Positions 55,339 through 64,000 of a DNA stretch of 64,000 nucleotides are shown here, in pieces. The number at the start of each line of letters is the position of its first letter. The first letter of the stretch is position 1. The DNA lies in contig JANQOX010000025.1 in assembly GCA_028285625.1 (NCBI GenBank), positions 654,461 through 718,460 on the forward strand, given 5' to 3'. Origin of the DNA: Myxococcota bacterium (GTDB lineage Bacteria > Myxococcota_A > UBA9160 > UBA6930). Both the position numbers and the translations under genes were made by a program. The notes beneath the pieces were generated by a model. It saw only the letters and a list, made by a program, of their open reading frames with translations. It had not been told where the DNA came from and searched no databases.

Positions 55339-56264
55339 GGCGGCCGCGCCGGACCGCCGGCTTCACCCTGATCGAGATGCTCGCGGTCGTGGTCATGACC
55401 TCGCTCGTGCTCACCGCCGCAGCACGCTTCTACCTGCAGCTCTCACGGGCCACGGTCTCGCAGACCGAGGCCACCCGTGAGGCGCGACGGGCGACGCTGC
55501 TCGTCGACCGCGTGGCCCGCGACCTCCAGGGGGCCGTGCTGCTCATCAAGCCGGCCGGCGCCGACCCTCTGAACCACCCGTGGCTCTTCTTCGCCGAGAG
55601 CCGCAACAGCGATACCGGGGCGGACCGGCTCAAGTTCATGACCTACGGCCACGAGCCGCGTGCCAGCGCCCTGCACGAGTCGGACCTGGCCACGGTCACC
55701 TACGCCCTGGCGCCGACCGAGGGCGACGGCTTCGACCTGCTGCGGAGCGCCATGCCGCGCCTGCCCGAGCAACTCGACCGCGAGATCCCGCGCTCGGACG
55801 ACGACGGCGTCCAGGTGGTGGGGCGCAACCTCGCCGACTTCGGCGTGAGGCTTCTCGACGAGCAGGGAAACTGGGTCTATCAGTGGGACTCTTCGGTACT
55901 CGAGCGCTCCTCGGAGCTGCCGATCGCCGCCGAGATCACCGTGGCGCTCCTGCCGGACGCGCCGGACGAGAACCCCGAACCCTACGTCCGACAGGTGATC
56001 CTGCCCGTCCGCCCGTTCGATCTCGAGTCCGAGATCGAGCGCCTCTCGGAGGCCGCAGCCCGGACCGACCAGGACGACGAGGACGAGAACGCCGAGGACG
56101 AAGACTGCGTCACGGTGGCCGCCTGCATCGAGCGCAACCCCGACGTGTTCGCGCTGCTCGTCCAGACCAACCCCGAGATCGAGGCGGTCGTGGACTCGAT
56201 TCGCGACCAGTGCTTCTCGACCCACGCCGACGCCTTGCCCGTGGCGGTCCAGGGGTGCGAATGA
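55335..56264 (+). CDS. gspJ: Minor pseudopilin GspJ-like with acidic, Cys-containing C-terminal extension
   Basis: GTGA overlap with gspI. MRRPRRTAG|FTLIEMLAVV. 309 aa. Confidence 0.75.
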   Translation: MRRPRRTAGFTLIEMLAVVVMTSLVLTAAARFYLQLSRATVSQTEATREARRATLLVDRVARDLQGAVLLIKPAGADPLNHPWLFFAESRNSDTGADRLKFMTYGHEPRASALHESDLATVTYALAPTEGDGFDLLRSAMPRLPEQLDREIPRSDDDGVQVVGRNLADFGVRLLDEQGNWVYQWDSSVLERSSELPIAAEITVALLPDAPDENPEPYVRQVILPVRPFDLESEIERLSEAAARTDQDDEDENAEDEDCVTVAACIERNPDVFALLVQTNPEIEAVVDSIRDQCFSTHADALPVAVQGCE

Positions 56265-57370
56265 ACCCCCGACTCCGCCGCTCGCCTCGCCGCCGGCGCG
56301 ACCAGGGCCTCGTGATGGTCTCGGTGCTCTTCTTCGTGCTGCTGCTGGTGAGCGCCATCGCCACCTTCGTACGCAGGGCGAGCGTCGACGGGCTGGTGGC
56401 GCGCAATCGCGACCGTGGCGCGCAGGCCGAGGCCCTGGCACGCGGCGCGGTCCCGCTGGCCATGGGCCTGGTGCTCGAGGACCGCCTGCGCGAAAGCCAG
56501 GACGACGACGAGGCCGCGGCGCGCTTCGAGCGGCACAGCGACGTCTGGGCCCTGGTCGGGCGTACACCGATCACGACCGAGGCCGGCGAACTGCATCTGC
56601 GCATCGAGGACGCCGGCGCGCGGCTCAACCTGAATGCGCTCTTCGCAGACGGCGCCGCGCGCGATCCGGAGACGGAGCCGTATCTGGAGCGGCTGCTCGA
56701 GAAGGTGGTCTTCGAGCTCGAGGTCGGGCCCCAGGGCGAGGACGCCCGTGACGCCGGCGGCCTCGGCGCGCGAGGCGTGGCCTACGACGCACGCGGATCG
56801 GCCTACGACCCGCTCGAACTCGCACGCAACCTGATCGACTGGGTCGACGAGGACGGCACCCGCCTCATCGGCGGGCCCGAGGACGCCTACTACCAGGACC
56901 AGATCCCGCCGTACCGGGCCGCCAACCGCCCCCTGCTGTCGGTGGACGAGCTGGCCCTGATCGAGGGATTCGATCGCGAACTCGTCGATGCCCTGCGGCC
57001 CTACGTCGGCGTGCACCCCCTGGCCGGAGGCGACGGCATCAACCCCAACACGGCCCCGTCCTACGTGCTGGCGGCGCTCTACCACGGCCCGCCGGGTGAC
57101 CGTCGGCTCGCCGATGCCGATTCGGTGCGCGCGCTGCTCGACATCCGGGCCGCAGGGGGCATTCTGTGCGCCGATGGCGTGGCGCACCCCGATTGCACGC
57201 CGCTCGGGGAGGTCCTTCCGGGCGACGTCTATCCCCCGCCCACGTTCCAGAACGAGGTGTTCCACGTGACTGCCGAGGCGCGCGTCGCCGACGTGCAGCG
57301 CACCGTCCAGGCCGTGCTCGACCGGAGCGACCCGGCCGAGCCGCGCCTGCTGCAGTGGCGGGTACGGTGA
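56261..57370 (+). CDS. gspK: Minor pseudopilin GspK-like
   Basis: ATGA overlap with gspJ. It has a hydrophobic N-terminus without Glu5. LNLNALF, SVDELALIEGF and INPNTAP are typical of GspK. Confidence 0.8.
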   Translation: MNPRLRRSPRRRRDQGLVMVSVLFFVLLLVSAIATFVRRASVDGLVARNRDRGAQAEALARGAVPLAMGLVLEDRLRESQDDDEAAARFERHSDVWALVGRTPITTEAGELHLRIEDAGARLNLNALFADGAARDPETEPYLERLLEKVVFELEVGPQGEDARDAGGLGARGVAYDARGSAYDPLELARNLIDWVDEDGTRLIGGPEDAYYQDQIPPYRAANRPLLSVDELALIEGFDRELVDALRPYVGVHPLAGGDGINPNTAPSYVLAALYHGPPGDRRLADADSVRALLDIRAAGGILCADGVAHPDCTPLGEVLPGDVYPPPTFQNEVFHVTAEARVADVQRTVQAVLDRSDPAEPRLLQWRVR

Positions 57371-57377
57371 GCCCACC

Positions 57378-58985
57378 ATGGCGCGGCGCGTACTCGGACT
57401 CGACCTCGGCAGCCACACCATCAAGGGTGCGCTGTTCCAGCAGGCCCTGCGCGGCGCCGAAGTACTGCGGCTGGCCGAGCTGCGGCGGCCGAACCCGGGC
57501 ACCGACCTCGCCGACGAGGCCCTGGCGCCGGCACTCGCCGACTGGCTCGACACGAACGACCTGCGGGCGGAAACCGTGGTGATCTCGCTTCCGGGCGACC
57601 AGTCGTCGACCCGCCTGCTGACCTTCCCGTTCCGCGATCGCCGCAGGCTCGCTCCCGCCGTGCCGTTCGAACTCGCCGAGCAGGTCCCATTCGATCTCGA
57701 CGGGTTCGTCTACGACTGGCAGGTGGCACGCGAAGACGCGGCGCAGACCCGCGTGGCCGTCACGCTGGCACGACGCGACCTCGTGACCGAAACGCTCGAT
57801 GCGCTCGGGCGGGCCGGGATCGACCCGCGCATCGTCGAGGCCGAGGGGCTCGTCCTGGGCAATCTCGCCGAGGTGCACCCGCTGCCGGGTCCTCGCCTGC
57901 TGATCGACGTCGGACATCGCAAGACCACGCTGTGTCTGTGCCAGGACGGCCGGGCGCTCGGAGCCCGCACGCTCGCGCTGGGTGGCGCAGCGCTGACCGA
58001 AGCGGTGGCGCGCGACCTCGGTCTGTCCGTGCCGGAGGCAGAAGAGGCCAAGCACGCGGACGGCATCTTCGGCGGCCCCGGGCGAGCGGCGTCGCCGGCG
58101 GCCGGGCAGGTCGCCGATCGGCTTGCACGCGAGGTGCTGCGCACGCTCGGAGGCATGGAAGGCCTGCTGGCCGATGAGCCCGGGGACGAGCCCCTGCGCG
58201 CCGTGCTGGTCGGCGGCTCGTCACGGCTCCATCGGCTCGATGCCTTCCTGAACGAGCAGACCGGACTCGAAACGACGCGACTCGAAGCGCCGCCTCCTTC
58301 GGCCGAGCCGGACAAGGGGCCCGCGGCCCTCGCCCAGGCCTCCGCCGCGGCTGGCGACCCGTCCTGGTACGCGCCAGCCCTGGCGCTGGCCGCACGCGGC
58401 GCACTGCGACCTCACACGCGCATGAACCTGCGGCAGGGCGACCTCGCGCCCCGCGTGGAACTCGGCAAGGTCGCCCGCCACTTCCGCAGCACGGCGGTCC
58501 TCGCGGTGCTGGCGCTGGTGCTGGGCCTCGGCGTTCTCGCCGTCGAAGCCGCAATCCAGGGACGCCGCGCAGAAGCCGTCGAGCGGCAGGCGCTGGCCCT
58601 CTACCAGGGCGCCTTTCCGAATCGCCCGCCGCCGCGCGACGTCCAGCGCGGCATGGATCAGGCGGTTCGGTCCGCGCAGCGGCGCGCGGACACCCTGGGC
58701 GTGTACCGGGGCAACCTCTCGGCGCTCGACATCCTCACCGAGATCTCGAGCCGCGTTCCCGCCGACCTCGACGTGGTGTTCGAGGAGCTCACGATCGACC
58801 GGCGCATGGTCCAGCTGAAGGGCCACTCGCCGAGCTTCGGTAGCGTGGACCGGTTGCGTGCAGAGCTCGCGCGCTTTGCGCCGTTCTCCGAGATCGTCGT
58901 GGGCGACATCACCCGCGACGCGCGGCGCGGAGGCCAGAACTTCAGCGTCCGGATCGCCCTCGAGCCCGAAGGAGACGCCTCGTGA
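57378..58985 (+). CDS. gspL: GspL-like assembly protein (PilM-like actin-fold N-domain + TM + periplasmic domain)
   Basis: 535 aa. The N-terminus is VLGLDLGSHTIKGALF, with a TM helix around FRSTAVLAVLALVLGLGVLAV. Confidence 0.75.
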   Translation: MARRVLGLDLGSHTIKGALFQQALRGAEVLRLAELRRPNPGTDLADEALAPALADWLDTNDLRAETVVISLPGDQSSTRLLTFPFRDRRRLAPAVPFELAEQVPFDLDGFVYDWQVAREDAAQTRVAVTLARRDLVTETLDALGRAGIDPRIVEAEGLVLGNLAEVHPLPGPRLLIDVGHRKTTLCLCQDGRALGARTLALGGAALTEAVARDLGLSVPEAEEAKHADGIFGGPGRAASPAAGQVADRLAREVLRTLGGMEGLLADEPGDEPLRAVLVGGSSRLHRLDAFLNEQTGLETTRLEAPPPSAEPDKGPAALAQASAAAGDPSWYAPALALAARGALRPHTRMNLRQGDLAPRVELGKVARHFRSTAVLAVLALVLGLGVLAVEAAIQGRRAEAVERQALALYQGAFPNRPPPRDVQRGMDQAVRSAQRRADTLGVYRGNLSALDILTEISSRVPADLDVVFEELTIDRRMVQLKGHSPSFGSVDRLRAELARFAPFSEIVVGDITRDARRGGQNFSVRIALEPEGDAS

Positions 58986-59533
58986 GCGGCCTGCTCGCAC
59001 GACTCCGGGCGGCCGTCCAGGGGCTCTCGCCCAGCGAGCAGCGGCTGGTGGGCGCCGCCGTCGTGATCTTCGTGGCTGCCGGGCTCTTCTACGGCGTCCT
59101 GCGCCCGGTGATCGGCGGCATCGCGGCCAACGCCGGGAGGCTCGAGCGAGCGGAAGCCTCGCTCGCCGAGGTCCGCGTGCTGCGCGAGCGCTACGACGAC
59201 GTCCACGGGCGGCTCTCGGTCGTCGAACGCCGCATCCAGCGCGGCCCCAAGGGCGAGATCTTCACCACGCTCGAGGATCTCGCGAAACAGTCGGCCCTGA
59301 AGGTCGATTCGATGGAACCGCGCACCTCGCCGGCGAGCGAGGAGTACCGCGAGACCAAGGTCCAGGTGGCGCTGCGAAGCGTGACGCTCGCGCAGGTGGT
59401 GAACTACCTCCACCGCATCGAGGCCGCCGAGCAGGTGCTGTCGATCAAGAGCCTGCGCATCCGCACCCGGCCGGACAAGCCCGATCTGCTCGACGTGACC
59501 TTCACGGTCTCGTCCTTCGAGCCGGTCTCGTGA
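58982..59533 (+). CDS. gspM: GspM-like protein
   Basis: GTGA overlap with gspL. 183 aa, a single TM helix and a ferredoxin-like periplasmic part, judged by position and size. Confidence 0.7.
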   Translation: MSGLLARLRAAVQGLSPSEQRLVGAAVVIFVAAGLFYGVLRPVIGGIAANAGRLERAEASLAEVRVLRERYDDVHGRLSVVERRIQRGPKGEIFTTLEDLAKQSALKVDSMEPRTSPASEEYRETKVQVALRSVTLAQVVNYLHRIEAAEQVLSIKSLRIRTRPDKPDLLDVTFTVSSFEPVS

Positions 59534-60396
59534 GCGCCCCCGCATCGCCCCGCGAGCGACGCTGGTTGCGCCGGCTCGGGGTACCGCTCGGCTGCGTGGT
59601 GCTCTGCCTGGTGTTCGCGGTCTGGCAGTTCCCCTGGGATCGCCTGGCCGGCACCGTGGCCAGCCGGCTGGGCGAGGCCGTGGGCGCCGACGTGCGCATC
59701 GCCTCCCTCGGGCCCGGGCTCGGGATCACGGGGCCCTGGCTCGTCTTGCACGACGCTTCGGTGGCCTGGCCCGACGGCAGCAAGCTCGCGCTCACGCGGC
59801 TCGCCGTACGCCCCGCGTGGGCGTTCTCGTGGTTTCGCGGCGAGCCGGCGATCGCCCTCGACGCGGAGTCGCCCGCCGGCCAGGTGCGCGGCACCGTGTG
59901 GCCGGGCGAGGCGCCGGCCTTCGCGGGGCAGGTGGCCGACCTCGAGCCCGCGGCCCTGCCCGCCCGCTGGTTTGGCGGCCAGTTCCCGCCGGTGACCGGG
60001 CGCGTCGCGGCCGATCTCGAGGTCGGCATGGGCGGACCGCGTGGGATCTCGGGCCGGGTCTCGCTCGACGTCGTCGAGGGCGCCCTGGCGATCCCCGACA
60101 CCCCCGTCGCGATCCCCTTCGATCGCCTTCGCGGCGATCTCGACATCGCCGACGACGGCAGCGCGACCCTGGCCGATGCCGAGTTGCTCGGGCCGCTCGT
60201 TTCGATCGGGCTGGCAGGCACCCTGGGCCCGGGGCGGGATCTGGGGCGCTCGGCGCTCGCCCTGGACCTGGACGTGCGCAAGGTCGATCCGACCTTCGCG
60301 CCGCTGCTCGCGAACCTCGACCTCCAGGTGGGGCCCGACGGGGGCCGCTTCCGGATCGAGGGTACGCCGGCCTCTCCGCGCGTTCGCAGGCAGTAG
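59530..60396 (+). CDS. gspN: GspN-like protein
   Basis: GTGA overlap with gspM. It has an N-terminal TM helix and a beta-rich periplasmic domain, and is the last gene of the cluster. Confidence 0.65.
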   Translation: MSAPASPRERRWLRRLGVPLGCVVLCLVFAVWQFPWDRLAGTVASRLGEAVGADVRIASLGPGLGITGPWLVLHDASVAWPDGSKLALTRLAVRPAWAFSWFRGEPAIALDAESPAGQVRGTVWPGEAPAFAGQVADLEPAALPARWFGGQFPPVTGRVAADLEVGMGGPRGISGRVSLDVVEGALAIPDTPVAIPFDRLRGDLDIADDGSATLADAELLGPLVSIGLAGTLGPGRDLGRSALALDLDVRKVDPTFAPLLANLDLQVGPDGGRFRIEGTPASPRVRRQ

Positions 60397-60483
60397 CGGC
60401 GGCGCCTCCCACCGCCCCCGGGCGGAATCCCCCGCGGGACAAGGCTTGCGCGGGAGGCCCGGTTCTCCGATCATTCGTTCATC

Positions 60484-60503
60484 CTGATATACGGATATAT
60501 CAG
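60484..60503 (+). promoter_or_regulatory. Perfect 8-4-8 inverted repeat CTGATATA-CGGA-TATATCAG, candidate ArsR-type operator
   Basis: An AT-rich palindrome stands out in an otherwise very GC-rich sequence. It ends 15 nt upstream of the ArsR-family gene start. Confidence 0.6.
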
Positions 60504-60518
60504 TGGAGACGATGACGG

Positions 60519-61481
60519 ATGAGCTCGGACCAGCTCCAGAAGGTCTTCAAGACGCTCGCGGACTCGACCCGGGTGCGGATCCTGCGCCTGCTCGAGCGCG
60601 AGGAGTTGGCCGTGAACGAGCTCATGGACGTGCTGTCCATGACCCAGTCCCGCGTCTCGCGCCATCTCGGCATCCTGCGTGAGGCGGGCCTGCTGCGAGA
60701 CCGGCGCGAGGGCACGTTCGTCCACTACCGCTTCGTGCCGCCGACCGACGGCCCCTGGGGCGACGCCTGGCGGCTGGCAACCCGGGCGCTCGAGGACGAT
60801 GCGGAGGCACGCGCGGACGCCGTGGCCCTCGAGGCCGTGATCGCGGCCCGTGCGGTGAAGAGCCGCACCTTCTTCGACGAAGTCGGCCCCGAGTGGGACG
60901 GCCTGCGCAAGGTATTCGGCGACGACATGCTCCGGGCACGGGCCATCACGCGCCTGGTGCCGCCGCACCTCCGAGTGGTGGACGTGGGCACCGGAACCGG
61001 AGCCCTCGCCCGCGACCTGCTGCATGCCGGGCTCACGGTGGTGGCCGTCGATCACTCGCGGCGCATGCTCGACGCCGCGCGCGCGAACCTCGAAGCCGAC
61101 GGCGCCGACCCGGACCGCATCGAGCTGCGCCAGGGGGACGCCGCTGCGCTTCCCCTCGTCGATGGCGAGGTCGGCGGCGCATTCGCCCACATGGTGCTCC
61201 AGTACCTGGCCTCGCCGGCCGACGCCATTCGAGAGATGGCGCGCGTGGTGGCTCCGGGCGGTGCGGTCGTGATCGTCGACTTCGTCGCCCACGACCGCAC
61301 CTGGATGCGCGACGAGCTCGGCGTCCTCTGGCTCGGCTTCCCTCCCGACGAGATCCGCGGACAGCTCGAAGCCAGCGGCCTCGTCGACGTCCGCATCGAG
61401 GTCCAGCCGCCGGCCGCGCGCAACGCCGACCTGCCCGAGACGCTCGTCGCCAGCGCGCGCGTGCCCGAACCCAACGCTTGA
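60519..61481 (+). CDS. ArsR/SmtB-family HTH regulator fused to class I SAM-dependent methyltransferase
   Basis: The N-terminus is [13 protein letters not shown]...[20 protein letters not shown]. The C-terminal part has [11 protein letters not shown] (GxGxG) and the [12 protein letters not shown] motif. Confidence 0.85.
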   Translation: MSSDQLQKVFKTLADSTRVRILRLLEREELAVNELMDVLSMTQSRVSRHLGILREAGLLRDRREGTFVHYRFVPPTDGPWGDAWRLATRALEDDAEARADAVALEAVIAARAVKSRTFFDEVGPEWDGLRKVFGDDMLRARAITRLVPPHLRVVDVGTGTGALARDLLHAGLTVVAVDHSRRMLDAARANLEADGADPDRIELRQGDAAALPLVDGEVGGAFAHMVLQYLASPADAIREMARVVAPGGAVVIVDFVAHDRTWMRDELGVLWLGFPPDEIRGQLEASGLVDVRIEVQPPAARNADLPETLVASARVPEPNA

Positions 61482-61512
61482 ACGCCCAGGCCTTCGCCCC
61501 CGAGGAACGAAC

Positions 61513-64000
<2,488 letters not shown>

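Overview
This is a very GC-rich, gene-dense chromosomal segment; third codon positions are almost always G/C. I support about 55 CDS and 2 tRNA-Leu genes. I found no rRNA, CRISPR array, transposase, integrase or phage genes, so it reads as core chromosome rather than an accessory island. The gene content suggests a Myxococcota-like organism, by inference only: two LonA paralogues, a PEP-CTERM protein, a 12-gene gspC-N cluster and several c-di-GMP parts.

Gene order:
- 1-13.3 kb: a partial GAF/degenerate-GGDEF protein, ald, sat, a TolB-like lipoprotein, a JAMM/MPN protein, a PEP-CTERM protein, an Rrf2 regulator, a large helicase-exonuclease fusion and an ABC-F ATPase.
- 13.4-16.1 kb: tRNA-Leu(CAG) and lon.
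- 16-27.4 kb: a polysaccharide locus with a DPPR-synthase-like UbiA enzyme, three GT4/GT1 glycosyltransferases, wzm/wzt-like ABC export genes, a WbaP-like initiating transferase, kdsA, a GpgS-like GT and a PilZ protein.
- 27.6-31.2 kb: a catalytically degenerate Y-family polymerase homologue next to a penicillin-acylase-family gene.
- 31.6-35.2 kb: gap-pgk-tpiA-secG and tRNA-Leu(GAG).
- 35.2-46.7 kb: a small redox operon, a secreted hypothetical protein, UbiB, glycerate kinase, a dnaK-hsp20-lon-ompA-like array and a membrane-anchored hypothetical protein.
- 47.1-60.4 kb: gspCDEFGHIJKLMN.
- 60.5-64 kb: an ArsR-methyltransferase fusion and partial metH.

Many long ORFs in the supplied track are antisense or out-of-frame artefacts of the high GC content. 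I see no clear-cut new defence or mobile system. The best candidates for something undescribed are:
- the single-chain MrfA-like helicase / MrfB-like exonuclease;
- the dead-active-site, clamp-motif-bearing DinB homologue;
- the SPOR-tailed T2SS secretin;
- the DPPR-synthase-like enzyme inside a Gram-negative-type polysaccharide locus.

All functional calls rest on motif recognition by eye. No searches were run.
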